Positions 1 to 9,431 of a stretch of 29,236 nt of DNA are shown one piece after another; positions within the stretch are counted from its first letter, which is position 1, and every line of letters begins with the position of its first letter. The stretch spans positions 1 to 29,236 of IMG/VR virus record IMGVR_UViG_3300035698_016830; one strand, given 5' to 3'. Source of the DNA: a virus. The position numbers were made by a program, and so were the translations under genes. The notes beneath the pieces were generated by a model. It ran no database searches, was not told the DNA's origin, and was given only the letters and a program-made list of their open reading frames with translations.

Positions 1-1125
1 GAAAATGCTTACGAGTACGATCGAGGCACTCAGCAGCATAATTTTAAAGGTGACGTTACAACTACCGGCACAAGCTTTCTCGGAGACGCCGAATTTGCAG
101 GGAAGGCATATAGCCCATCAAATGCTCCACTATCAAATCACCCGTTCCCCGGTTCATTCGCTACTCTAGATTATGTGCATACACAATCACATAATGAGAT
201 TTCTAATGGCATACTAACCCACATCGACTCTAATGATCCAGGTGAACTGGCTTATTATGCCTGGGGTGATGGTAAGTTTATTTACCTCGCTAATGGTGCC
301 GGCGGCTTACACACGTACTCAGTTAGTGACGCAGGTGTATTAACTCACGTTAATTTTGATGATCAGGGCGATTCGGCTCGTAATGTCTGGGGCGACGGTA
401 AATTTATCTACCTCGCTAATGATGATGGTGGTTTACACGTGTACTCAGTAAGTGACGCAGGTGTATTAACTCACGTTGATTTTGATGATCAAGGTAACCT
501 GGCTTATTGCGTCTGGGGTGACGGTAAGTTTATTTACCTCGCTAATCATGATGGTGGTTTACACGTGTACTCAGTTAGTGACGCAGGTGTATTAACTCAC
601 GTTAATTTTGATGATCAAGGTGACAAGGCACTCGGTGTATGGGGTGACGGTAAATTTATCTACCTCGCTAATCATGAGGGTGGTTTACACACGTACTCAG
701 TTAGTGACGCGGGCGTATTAACTCACGTTAATTTTGATGATCAAGGTGACAAGGCATTCGGTGTCTGGGGTGACGGTAAGTTTATTTACCTCGCTAGTGG
801 TGCCGTCGGCTTACACACGTACTCAGTGAGTGACGCAGGCGTATTAACTCACATCGACTCTGATGATCAGAGCGGTACTGCTTTCGGTGTTTGGGGCGAC
901 GGTAAATTTATTTACCTCGCTAACTATGCTGGTGGTTTACACACTTATTCTACAGAAAATGCTTACGAGTACGATCGAGGCACTCAGCAGCATAATTTTA
1001 AAGGTGTTATAAAACTTCCCTATATTACGGATGCCCCAGCAAGCCCAGAAAACGGAATGATGTGGATGGAAGCTGATGGACTGCATATCCAGTATAACGA
1101 CCAAGAAGATACATTAACTCAATAA
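1..1125 (+). CDS. Tail fibre / receptor-binding protein with LVIVD-like beta-propeller repeats (5' truncated by the window)
   Basis: Frame is open from base 1 (ENAYEYDRGTQQ...). Six 42-aa repeats WGDGKFIYLAxxxxGLHxYS. C-terminal PASPENGMMW motif is typical of phage fibres. Lies next to tail-tip genes. Confidence 0.7.
   Translation, partial: ENAYEYDRGTQQHNFKGDVTTTGTSFLGDAEFAGKAYSPSNAPLSNHPFPGSFATLDYVHTQSHNEISNGILTHIDSNDPGELAYYAWGDGKFIYLANGAGGLHTYSVSDAGVLTHVNFDDQGDSARNVWGDGKFIYLANDDGGLHVYSVSDAGVLTHVDFDDQGNLAYCVWGDGKFIYLANHDGGLHVYSVSDAGVLTHVNFDDQGDKALGVWGDGKFIYLANHEGGLHTYSVSDAGVLTHVNFDDQGDKAFGVWGDGKFIYLASGAVGLHTYSVSDAGVLTHIDSDDQSGTAFGVWGDGKFIYLANYAGGLHTYSTENAYEYDRGTQQHNFKGVIKLPYITDAPASPENGMMWMEADGLHIQYNDQEDTLTQ
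205..950 (+). repeat. Six tandem 126-bp coding repeats
   Basis: tgggg(t/c)ga(t/c)ggtaa(g/a)tttat recurs at 262, 388, 514, 640, 766 and 892. Confidence 0.95.
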
Positions 1126-1138
1126 AAGGAGATTTATA

Positions 1139-1279
1139 ATGGCAACAAGACGAAGTAATCCAAGTCGCAGTTCAGGACGAGGAAGAGGTGGACAAGGATC
1201 ATGTGGTGGAACGCCACGTAGAGATGGAAGTGGTGGTGGTCGTGGTAATAGAAGTACGACAAGACAGCCTAAAAAGTAA
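1139..1279 (+). CDS. Small Arg/Gly/Ser-rich basic protein (46 aa), missed by the ORF track
   Basis: AAGGAG RBS, then MATRRSNPSRSSGRGRGGQGSCGGTPRRDGSGGGRGNRSTTRQPKK*. Fills the gap between co-oriented genes. Confidence 0.7.
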   Translation: MATRRSNPSRSSGRGRGGQGSCGGTPRRDGSGGGRGNRSTTRQPKK

Positions 1280-1288
1280 GAGATAAAA

Positions 1289-2137
1289 ATGCCAAATACA
1301 TTAACACTAAACCAGATAGCCGAAAAAAACAAACAGCATGCATCTAGTAGATGGGTGGTGCTGTTTGTCCTTCGGCCACCTGCTAGTTTAACCACTGTGG
1401 ATGCTATTTATATGGCACAAAGCAATACTACGGTAACATATGATGGAACAGATTATACACCCTTTAATTTATCTTTAGGTACCTTAACAGAGACCTCAGA
1501 AGGTGACTTCCCTAGTATGGGGATAACAATAAATAATCCTGTTCATATTCTGGATTCTTTTATCGAAGATACTGATGGACTGGATCAATGCACATTAGAA
1601 ATGTTTACTATCAATACTGGCTATTTAAGTGCTCCTCCTCCTGTAACCTATACATGGGATGTCGATAGCATGGAGCAGGATGACGAATACATTTCTTTTA
1701 CCCTTATGATGCCATCAGCTTTACGTAGACAAATTCCTGATGAATCTTTTAGGTCAAGAACTTGCCAATTCAGTTACAGCACATCTTATCCATGTCATGT
1801 AACTTATTTTGATATTGAAGCTGTCACTTTAACTGGAACTGATCCCGTTCTTATTACCTTAACAGACCATACTTTTGAGACTGATGATGATATTATCATT
1901 TCTTCAGTAACAGATATCGCTGATTTGAATGGTAGTTATGAAGCAACAAAAGTAGGTGCAGATACTTTTAGTTTACAGAGTACAGATAGCAGCGATTTTT
2001 CAGGAGTTTATAGTTCTGGTGGTAAAGTTGGGTTTCTTTATTGTGATGGTACCGTACCAGAATGTATAGCAAGAAATAATATTAACAGGGGTAAGTTTTT
2101 TCCTGGTTTAAGGTCAAGAACTGCGAGGTATTTATGA
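1289..2137 (+). CDS. Minor tail / tail-tip protein, lambda gpL-like, with an inserted FCCH-like beta domain
   Basis: N-terminal 'TYDGTDYTPFNL' pattern. Four Cys (TCQFSY..PC...YCDGTVPEC) and C-terminal FFPG, as in the gpL Fe-S region. Precedes the NlpC and gpJ-like genes. Confidence 0.75.
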   Translation: MPNTLTLNQIAEKNKQHASSRWVVLFVLRPPASLTTVDAIYMAQSNTTVTYDGTDYTPFNLSLGTLTETSEGDFPSMGITINNPVHILDSFIEDTDGLDQCTLEMFTINTGYLSAPPPVTYTWDVDSMEQDDEYISFTLMMPSALRRQIPDESFRSRTCQFSYSTSYPCHVTYFDIEAVTLTGTDPVLITLTDHTFETDDDIIISSVTDIADLNGSYEATKVGADTFSLQSTDSSDFSGVYSSGGKVGFLYCDGTVPECIARNNINRGKFFPGLRSRTARYL

Positions 2138-2553
2138 GTCTTATTATTGATACTTCAGATCTTATAGGAAAGCCTTTTGGTTGGGGTGGTCGTGGCCCTG
2201 ATTTTTATGATTGTTTTGGTATCTGTAAAAAAGTAGCTGAAAGAGCTGGTATTGCTTACCCTGAATACCCTGTTAACATGAGAACAGAAGAATTAGTTAC
2301 TGGCGCTTTTAAAAGTGTTTTGAAAGAATATGAAGAAGGAGAAGGAAGATGGACAAAATTAAAAGTAGTGGGTCTACCACAACCATTAACAACCATACTT
2401 ATGAAATCCCGTGGTAAGTGGCACATGGGAATAACGCTTTCAAATTATGGTGAATTTATTCATTGTATAATTAGGCACAAAGTTAATGTAACGACTATTT
2501 CTAACCCATTATGGAATGGCCTCATAAAAGGATATTATGTCTACACAGAATAG
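2134..2553 (+). CDS. NlpC/P60 tail-tip assembly protein (gpK-like)
   Basis: DLIGKPFGWGGRGPDFYDCFG (catalytic Cys), HMGI, FIH. Sits between the gpL- and gpJ-like genes. Confidence 0.85.
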   Translation: MSLIIDTSDLIGKPFGWGGRGPDFYDCFGICKKVAERAGIAYPEYPVNMRTEELVTGAFKSVLKEYEEGEGRWTKLKVVGLPQPLTTILMKSRGKWHMGITLSNYGEFIHCIIRHKVNVTTISNPLWNGLIKGYYVYTE

Positions 2554-5500
2554 ACAAGATGGTTTTGATTTTGAGATAAAAGTATTTACTTTTTCTGGCC
2601 CTATGGATGCTGGTCCACCTGAAGAAATTAATATACCTGTTCTTAGAACAAACACTATTAAAGATGTTGCTGATGCTTTCGCTCCCAATGAAGATGAGCA
2701 TATTATCATTCTCAAAAATGGCTTAGCTATACCGACAGAAGAATGGCAAGCAGTCACACTTCATGAAAATGATCAATTAGTTATAAGACCTTCTGTTGAA
2801 GCCGGCGCGCTGGTAACAGCTGGTATCACTGCTCTTGGCGGTGTTATCATGAAGTGGACTTTGACTCAGATTTTTTGGATGACCGTAGTGTCTGTTGCTG
2901 GTGGGTATCTTATAAAAGCTTTAACCCCATCACCAAAGATGGGGGAGATAGGAGAAGCTGATTTTAAAGATTCTCAAGTGCACTCTAGAAAGCCTACTTC
3001 ACTGCAAGCTGAGGGACTTCCTATACCTATTTATTTTGGAAGAAATAGAGTATATGGGAATGTGATTTCTCAGTATTCAATTGTAGATCCAGCAAATTCA
3101 GAAAAGAGAAGAATTAATACTCTTATAGGTTTAACAGCAGGTCCAATTGAAGAAGTAGAGATAACAGATACTTTACGTATTGCTGATCGCCCATGCCATG
3201 TAGCTCAGTTTGATATTGAAGATATCACTTTAACTGGGACTGATCCAGTTCTTATTACCGTAACAGACCATACTTTTGAGACTGATGATGGTATTATCAT
3301 TTATTCAGTAATAGGAATCGCTAATTTGAATGGTTGGTATGAAGCAACAAAAGTAGATGCAAATACTTTTAGTTTACAGTATACAAGTAGTATCAATTTT
3401 TCAGGAGTTTATAGTTCTGGTGGTAGAGTAGGAAAACCATCGAGTGATTTTGATACAGGAGCGATTTATTCGAATTTAGGTCAATATGAACAAGCCTCAT
3501 TACCAGGTCATGATGAATTGCGTCCTGAATATATTTATAACAGACTAGTAAAATATCTAGAACCTGTAGAATATACGTTACCTGATAATGACTATACAAA
3601 GCTAAAGATCATAATCGCTTATCCTTCGGGTGTCTATTGGTTGGATAATCTAGGTACATTGTGGCCACATTCAGTTGGTACAAAAATTGAAATTAAGGAA
3701 GTTGGAGGAGCTTATCAAACACTTTTAAATTGGTACGCATCTGAAAAGATTACTAATGTTATAAGATTAGAGGTCATATCAAGTGGAACTTATTTAGGTG
3801 GCGCCCCTGTAACAATAGAAACTGGAAAGTCCTATGTTGTAAAAGTCACCAAAACTACTCCTGAGCAAAGTGCTCTTAGATTTGGAGATAAATTAGTTCT
3901 TGAATCTATACAAGAGTATTTAGAACATGATTTATCTTATCCAGGTTTGGCTTGTTTGGCAGTTAATAATGTAGATACTGATGAAATTGCTAATTCATTG
4001 GATTTCTCAGTTATTATTAAAGGTAACATTATAGGCCATTATACGGGGGCAACTTGGTTATATGGTTACTATAATAATCCGGCTGATGTTTTATATTGGC
4101 TAGCGGCAATGCCTGTAATTATTGGTGATGGTTCTGGTACTCCTTATTATGTTTCTCATAACAGAGGATTGGCAGAAAATAGAATAGATTTAGCAAAACT
4201 ATTAGAGTTACATGATTACCTTGCTGAATTAGTTCCTGCTTATGATGGTGGCACAGAACCAAGAATGACCCTTAATAGGGGCTTTGATGTAAGGACAACT
4301 ATATGGGATGCCATTTTGGAAGTATGTGAAGTGGCTAGATGTATGCCTGTATTAATAGGGACTAAACTTTCTTTTGCAATTAATAAGCCTAAAACGCCAT
4401 CACAGATATTCACTATTGATAATCAATTAATGAAAGGCTTTAAAAGAGCTAGGATTCCTTCAAACGGAAGGGTGACTGAATTAGAAATTCAGTACAAAGA
4501 TAAAAACGTGGACTTTGAAACAACCACAGTAAAAAGACAAGACGTTTCTGCTCCTTCAAGTGCGTATAATAAAGCTACTCTAAATTTAACAGGCGTTACA
4601 AGTGAATCTGAAGTTTGGAGATATGCATTAAATGATTTGGAGCAAACAAGGCAGCAAAAATGGATAATTGAACTAAAAGTAGATATTGAATCTTTGGCTT
4701 GTACTATTGGTGATGCTATTAAAGTTCAAACCCCTGTTTGTGTTTGGGGAGATGAAATAAGAGTAAGTCAAGTTTTATCTACTACTGGTATTGTAGTCAG
4801 CACAGGTTTAGAGGCTTCATCAGCTGATAAAATAGCTTTACGAACAACTGATATTGGTGGTGTGGAAGAAAGAATTGATGTTTATAGTATTAGTGGAGTT
4901 ACTGTAGCCATAGGTGGGGAAGAGACTACATTAGTAGTTGGTTCCGCTTTTGCTAATACACCTGTAATAGGCGATATCGGAATGTTTGGGCCTGATTCAA
5001 TTGTTGAAAATAATTATGCCATAACTCGTATTGAAAGAAACTCTGATGGTTTTGCTACAATTTCAGCTGTTGACTGGTATGATGATATGTTTATTGATGG
5101 CACGACTACCCCAGTGCTGACCATTGTACCAGATCAAGTGCCTATTACCTCTGATTCTACGATACTTCCTATTAATTGGGATAATATAAATAATAGAATT
5201 CCTTCATCTGTTTGGGCGGAACCCTTGAATCTTGATATGCCCTTTACAAAAGGAGCTACTTGGCTTGATGACACTCCTGCTGGGTCCATTTCTTGGAATG
5301 CCCATACTTTCTTCTTAAATGGCACTTCCTATTCTATCGCTGCTTCTAACACGGCATTGGCTTATGTTTATCTTGATACTGATATTTCCACAGCGGCTTA
5401 TCAAAAATCAGCTAGTCAAACAGATATAATAGGAGCAAATAAATATCCTATAGCTGCACAAGATAGTGTTACACACATAGCTTATCCTTTAGCACTTACT

Positions 5501-6040
5501 CAACCACAGCATGCTCTGACTTTACAAAATGGAACTATTGTTGCATCTAACATAAAAGCATCAACTATTACAGCTTCTCTAATGGCCGTTGATAGTATTG
5601 TTGCTGATAGTATTGTTGCCAGTAACATTACAACTATCAAACTAAATGATGCTGCGGTAATAACAACAAAGATTTTGGATGACAATGTAACTAAAATGGC
5701 AAGTAGCTTTACGGCTGGCCCCATTAATTATACTTCCTTAGCCATAACAACTTTAGGGGCTGCTGCTATCACATTAACTGGATCACCTGTTCTTATTACA
5801 GCGGCATTCACACATTCTGTTGTAAATAGTGGATTTACGTGGTGGATATATCGAGGTGCCGCACTTTTGGCTGCTGCTACAACAGTAACATACTATGCAA
5901 GCGATACAGTTGCATATTCATTTGTAGAGCAGCCGGCAGCAGGGAGTTACACCTATTATATATATGTTACCGCTACTGTGCCTGGGACTATTAATAGTGC
6001 CATATGGAGCAGCTTAGCGGTTCTTGAAGTTAAAAAATAG
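2537..6040 (+). CDS. Central tail-tip / host-specificity protein (gpJ-like, N-terminal gpI-like ubiquitin-fold fusion)
   Basis: 1167 aa. GLPIPIYFGRNRVYGNVIS, GPIE, YPGLA, NNPA and IGD motifs of gpJ-type proteins. N-terminal ...LHENDQLVIRPSVEAG followed by a hydrophobic helix. Confidence 0.85.
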   Translation: MSTQNRQDGFDFEIKVFTFSGPMDAGPPEEINIPVLRTNTIKDVADAFAPNEDEHIIILKNGLAIPTEEWQAVTLHENDQLVIRPSVEAGALVTAGITALGGVIMKWTLTQIFWMTVVSVAGGYLIKALTPSPKMGEIGEADFKDSQVHSRKPTSLQAEGLPIPIYFGRNRVYGNVISQYSIVDPANSEKRRINTLIGLTAGPIEEVEITDTLRIADRPCHVAQFDIEDITLTGTDPVLITVTDHTFETDDGIIIYSVIGIANLNGWYEATKVDANTFSLQYTSSINFSGVYSSGGRVGKPSSDFDTGAIYSNLGQYEQASLPGHDELRPEYIYNRLVKYLEPVEYTLPDNDYTKLKIIIAYPSGVYWLDNLGTLWPHSVGTKIEIKEVGGAYQTLLNWYASEKITNVIRLEVISSGTYLGGAPVTIETGKSYVVKVTKTTPEQSALRFGDKLVLESIQEYLEHDLSYPGLACLAVNNVDTDEIANSLDFSVIIKGNIIGHYTGATWLYGYYNNPADVLYWLAAMPVIIGDGSGTPYYVSHNRGLAENRIDLAKLLELHDYLAELVPAYDGGTEPRMTLNRGFDVRTTIWDAILEVCEVARCMPVLIGTKLSFAINKPKTPSQIFTIDNQLMKGFKRARIPSNGRVTELEIQYKDKNVDFETTTVKRQDVSAPSSAYNKATLNLTGVTSESEVWRYALNDLEQTRQQKWIIELKVDIESLACTIGDAIKVQTPVCVWGDEIRVSQVLSTTGIVVSTGLEASSADKIALRTTDIGGVEERIDVYSISGVTVAIGGEETTLVVGSAFANTPVIGDIGMFGPDSIVENNYAITRIERNSDGFATISAVDWYDDMFIDGTTTPVLTIVPDQVPITSDSTILPINWDNINNRIPSSVWAEPLNLDMPFTKGATWLDDTPAGSISWNAHTFFLNGTSYSIAASNTALAYVYLDTDISTAAYQKSASQTDIIGANKYPIAAQDSVTHIAYPLALTQPQHALTLQNGTIVASNIKASTITASLMAVDSIVADSIVASNITTIKLNDAAVITTKILDDNVTKMASSFTAGPINYTSLAITTLGAAAITLTGSPVLITAAFTHSVVNSGFTWWIYRGAALLAAATTVTYYASDTVAYSFVEQPAAGSYTYYIYVTATVPGTINSAIWSSLAVLEVKK

Positions 6041-6052
6041 AAAGATTTTATA

Positions 6053-6388
6053 ATGAGTATTCCATATTCTGTTATAGACCAATCAGGTAAAATTCTTAGG
6101 GGAGGAAGCTGCTCAGAAATGGATTTGGAGCTTCAAGCTGGTCCAGGGGAGCATAGTCTTAAAATACAAAGTTCTGATGTAGAAGATGTTTTTAAAAAAG
6201 AGAAAGATGGTACATGGAAAAAGCATAAAAAATCTGCTCTTGATATTGCTAAGCGAAAAGAAGAATTAAAAATAAAAGAAGTACCACATGACAAGCAATC
6301 AGCCAACATAACAAATGGGCAATTAGAATCGTTGATGAATAGAATAGAAGCGTTGGAAACGCAGCTAACAGAAATGAACAATAAATAA
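6053..6388 (+). CDS. Hypothetical tail-associated protein
   Basis: ORF co-oriented directly after the gpJ-like gene; C-terminal coiled coil. Confidence 0.6.
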   Translation: MSIPYSVIDQSGKILRGGSCSEMDLELQAGPGEHSLKIQSSDVEDVFKKEKDGTWKKHKKSALDIAKRKEELKIKEVPHDKQSANITNGQLESLMNRIEALETQLTEMNNK

Positions 6389-6407
6389 ATTCAGCAAAGA
6401 TTTTAAA

Positions 6408-6788
6408 ATGGAGCTCAGTATGATGAAAACAACTTTGACTTACTACGGAATAAGAACTCTATGGACAGGTACAGGATTAACAGCAGTAGCCTTAGGCGTA
6501 GCAACTCCAGGTGAATGGGAGGCAAAAGCAATTCTAATTTTATCAGGTATGCTTGCTACTTTGATGTCGATACTATTTGGAGGGTTTGTAAAACACCTAG
6601 CTGGCCATCAGAATGACAGGACTTTGATATTTGCTGATTTGGATAAAAAGCATGAAGTTATGTTGCAAAGATTAGATAAAATGCAATCTAAAGAAGGCTG
6701 TGATTCAATAAGTGAAAATAATAAGAAATTGGTGGATTTACAATTTAAGACTTTGGATGATAAGCTAACAATATTACTTGAAAAATAA
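6408..6788 (+). CDS. Membrane protein, possibly holin-like
   Basis: Two hydrophobic segments then a charged coiled-coil tail; last gene of the structural operon. Confidence 0.5.
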   Translation: MELSMMKTTLTYYGIRTLWTGTGLTAVALGVATPGEWEAKAILILSGMLATLMSILFGGFVKHLAGHQNDRTLIFADLDKKHEVMLQRLDKMQSKEGCDSISENNKKLVDLQFKTLDDKLTILLEK

Positions 6789-6815
6789 CAAGCATCTTAT
6801 CTCTCCTCACCGGCT

Positions 6816-6860
6816 AGGCCGGCCCTTAGATTGTTTCTTTGGGCCGGTCTTGTTTTTGTT
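6816..6860 (+). terminator. Intrinsic terminator at the convergence of two gene blocks
   Basis: AGGCCGGCCC / GGGCCGGTCT stem followed by TGTTTTTGTT. Confidence 0.75.
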
Positions 6861-6890
6861 TCTATTCCTCATATCAATACAGGAAACATG

Positions 6891-7076
6891 TTACCACTTT
6901 CCTTCATTCATTATCCACTCAGCAGTCAGGCCTTTAGATAAGGCGTTGTTTGGATCAGGCTTTGATCCTGCAAGTGGCTTGGCGGGTAGATGCAGATCAA
7001 CGTATTGATAGGCTGTTTTAATTTCATGGTCACAATTAGTAGTTCTCTTTGTATGCTCAGAAATATTATCTTTCAT
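6891..7076 (-). CDS. Hypothetical protein (start probably MKDNISEH)
   Basis: ATG overlaps the stop of the upstream ORF. Confidence 0.45.
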   Translation of the reverse strand: MKDNISEHTKRTTNCDHEIKTAYQYVDLHLPAKPLAGSKPDPNNALSKGLTAEWIMNEGKW

Positions 7077-7396
7077 TTTGATCTTTCCCAAGCTATAACA
7101 GCAGCGCAAACCCATTGAACCGGATCAGATAACATTAGATTATAGCTATCATCATTGCCTGTTATTTTTCCTAGTTCGTTGGTCCAATCAGTTTTTTGTC
7201 CACCAATATCTCTACTAATACACACATCACGCATATAAAATGCAAGACTTTCAATAGATAAAAGAATTGCTCTATTACTACTACTATCCCAGTGGTGATA
7301 CAAGCAGACATGATCCATACTTATAAAAGCATTTATAACTCTTGAATGATGCCTAATATCATTTCTCTGTTTGACCCATTCCAGTAATTCTTTCAT
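7073..7396 (-). CDS. Hypothetical protein
   Basis: Tightly packed ORF in the leftward operon. Confidence 0.6.
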   Translation of the reverse strand: MKELLEWVKQRNDIRHHSRVINAFISMDHVCLYHHWDSSSNRAILLSIESLAFYMRDVCISRDIGGQKTDWTNELGKITGNDDSYNLMLSDPVQWVCAAVIAWERSK

Positions 7397-7397
7397 A

Positions 7398-7598
7398 TCA
7401 TATTATCCTATTAACAATTGCTCTGAAACTTGCTTCTTCCCATTCAGCTTTATAGTTCTGTTTTGATTTAACTTGGATCTCAATATCTTTTGCTTCTAAA
7501 GGTACATCTCCAAGACTGTCTTTGAGATGCTTATACACAAGCGCCTTAAGTGTGCGTTCATCAATTTTAATTACTAATGTACTCATAATATCACTCAC
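7398..7598 (-). CDS. Hypothetical protein
   Basis: Overlaps the queE stop; tight packing. Confidence 0.6.
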   Translation of the reverse strand: MSDIMSTLVIKIDERTLKALVYKHLKDSLGDVPLEAKDIEIQVKSKQNYKAEWEEASFRAIVNRII

Positions 7599-8250
7599 AT
7601 CCTATTATTTTCTGAATCTGGATTGATAGACAATATCCATGCTGGAGACAAGAGGCTATGGCAGCTTGGAGGTTAGCAGCGTTTTTATCGTGGCTCTGCT
7701 CGTCCATAGGCTGGAGATAGACCTGTTTGGGTATAATCCACTGGCCCGCATAGTTAAGGGCGTTAAACACGCCTATAGGCAGTCCTGAGCCTTCATGGAG
7801 ATCACCAGCTTTGACCACATATTTGAAAGCCTCTACATAAGGCACCATCTGCTTCGCGACATCCATATTTTTGGGAGAACAGACAATAGAAATATGGGCC
7901 TGCCTTAGTTTTGCTATATCGTGATACCAGTTTGGTAGAATGGTACCATTGGTTTCTATTTGAATAATTTTATCATAAAGGAATAGTTTTGAGCACAGAA
8001 CTGAGAAGTCCTGCATAAATGGCTCACCACCTGTAATTACCACAAGGTCAGTTTGGGGCCACCTTAGCACTTCCTTTACGATATCATCGTCTTCCCATTC
8101 TTTTGCTCCTGTGATATGATCCGTGTCACAAAAGGAGCAATTAAGAGAGCACCCAGATAAACGAATGAAGACTGCTGGTCGCCCTGAGTATAGTGCTTCA
8201 CCTTGGAGGCTAAAAAAGATGGAGTGGATATTTAATTTTTTGTCTGTCAT
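7591..8250 (-). CDS. queE: 7-carboxy-7-deazaguanine synthase (radical SAM)
   Basis: IFFSLQGEA..GRPAVFIRLSGCSLNCSFCDT, VVITGGEP, IETNG, SPK, YLQP, LSIQIQK. Confidence 0.93.
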   Translation of the reverse strand: MTDKKLNIHSIFFSLQGEALYSGRPAVFIRLSGCSLNCSFCDTDHITGAKEWEDDDIVKEVLRWPQTDLVVITGGEPFMQDFSVLCSKLFLYDKIIQIETNGTILPNWYHDIAKLRQAHISIVCSPKNMDVAKQMVPYVEAFKYVVKAGDLHEGSGLPIGVFNALNYAGQWIIPKQVYLQPMDEQSHDKNAANLQAAIASCLQHGYCLSIQIQKIIGCE

Positions 8251-8278
8251 GTTAATCCTTATAAATAAATAATAGCTG

Positions 8279-8671
8279 TTATCTACTTATACGGTTTGAG
8301 TGCGGAAAGTACCTATCATACCTTGATCTAGGATCAATCTTATTTTGCTGGCTAGCAATTCTTTCTTGCAATTCGACCTTTTCTTGAATTGAAAGTTCTC
8401 TCTTCTTATTTTTAGGTTTCTTTCTTCTTTTAGGATTGAAAACATAACCTTTGTGATCGTGAACGTCTTGATGACACTTCCTACAAACCACTACTAGATC
8501 TTTCTTAGGATCTGCATTGTACCAATCACCATACTTTCTGTGATGAACTTCAACGCATTTAGTAGTGTTGCATTCAATACAGCGGTATTTTGCTAATCTT
8601 AAAGCAATAGCTTGTTTAAGTTTCCAGTCACTACTTTGTAAATAGATTTGATAAGCTTGTTTCTTGTTCAT
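8279..8671 (-). CDS. HNH endonuclease (Zn-binding type)
   Basis: YLQSSDW...CIEC...EVHHRKY...DLVVVCRKCHQDVH. Confidence 0.85.
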   Translation of the reverse strand: MNKKQAYQIYLQSSDWKLKQAIALRLAKYRCIECNTTKCVEVHHRKYGDWYNADPKKDLVVVCRKCHQDVHDHKGYVFNPKRRKKPKNKKRELSIQEKVELQERIASQQNKIDPRSRYDRYFPHSNRISR

Positions 8672-9052
8672 AAACTTACTTTCTTCAGCTTTTACCTTGG
8701 CATACTTATAACGGTGTTTTCTTGGTATTACCTACTTCTAGCTTGAAACCTATAATCTTAATTATAATCTTAATTATCAACATAATCTTAACAAGTAAGA
8801 ATAACAATGTAATTATAGAGTTATGAAAGAAGTACTTAATACAAGATCATCATCAAAGGAGAAAGCTTTTGTTATCTTAACCTTATGCTTCTGCTTATTA
8901 CTCACTTCTGATCCAAAGTTAATACCAAGTTGGACCGCCTCAGGACTGAGCATTACTACTATTATTTCTCCAGTCACCACCGTTAGGAAGCTTTTAACCG
9001 TGAGTTCATCATATTCTTTTTCTTGATGTAGAGCATTAACTTATTTAAAGGT

Positions 9053-9084
9053 AAAAGAAAAGGCCTTAGCGTTAACTAAGACCT
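9053..9084 (-). terminator. Intrinsic terminator
   Basis: Minus strand AGGTCTTAG-ttaacg-CTAAGGCCT-TTTCTTTT. Confidence 0.7.
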
Positions 9085-9167
9085 AATCTGATATGTACCA
9101 CTCTCTACCAAAAGAGTTGTGTGCTGATTATTGAATTGTATTTGGTAGCTACAGTACATAATATTAG

Positions 9168-9196
9168 AATATAAAGGATTTATTTTACGTAATCAA
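9168..9196 (-). promoter_or_regulatory. Sigma70-like promoter
   Basis: TTGATT-17 nt-TATATT on the minus strand. Confidence 0.5.
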
Positions 9197-9431
9197 GAGA
9201 AATCTTTTTATTTCTTTTTCTCCCATTCTCATTATGTAGATTAATAGAGGGTGTTAGACAGGCTCCATTGTTCTTTATATCAGCCCAAGACCACTTTTCT
9301 GCTCCTTCTACATGCAAAGAGAAGCTAATTTCACCCCTACTAGGTAGTTCCGGATGGTTAGTTCCGGCTAGAATTTGTTGTATTGATTCTGCTATTTCTC
9401 TTTTCTGTTGTACTGAAAACATCTTATTCAT
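9180..9431 (-). CDS. Hypothetical protein
   Basis: ORF in the packed leftward block. Confidence 0.6.
   Translation of the reverse strand: MNKMFSVQQKREIAESIQQILAGTNHPELPSRGEISFSLHVEGAEKWSWADIKNNGACLTPSINLHNENGRKRNKKISLDYVK

Noticed and set aside
175-1125. Diversity-generating retroelement acting on the fibre repeats
   Set aside because: No reverse transcriptase or non-coding template repeat in the window; all repeats are in-frame coding.
1751-2122. 12-bp direct repeat AGGTCAAGAACT as a target-site duplication
   Set aside because: It does not coincide with the boundaries of the duplicated module; likely chance.
6038-6053. Read-through fusion of the gpJ-like gene with the next in-frame ORF
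   Set aside because: The ...LAVLEVKK ending looks like a natural terminus, and in-frame spacing occurs one time in three by chance.
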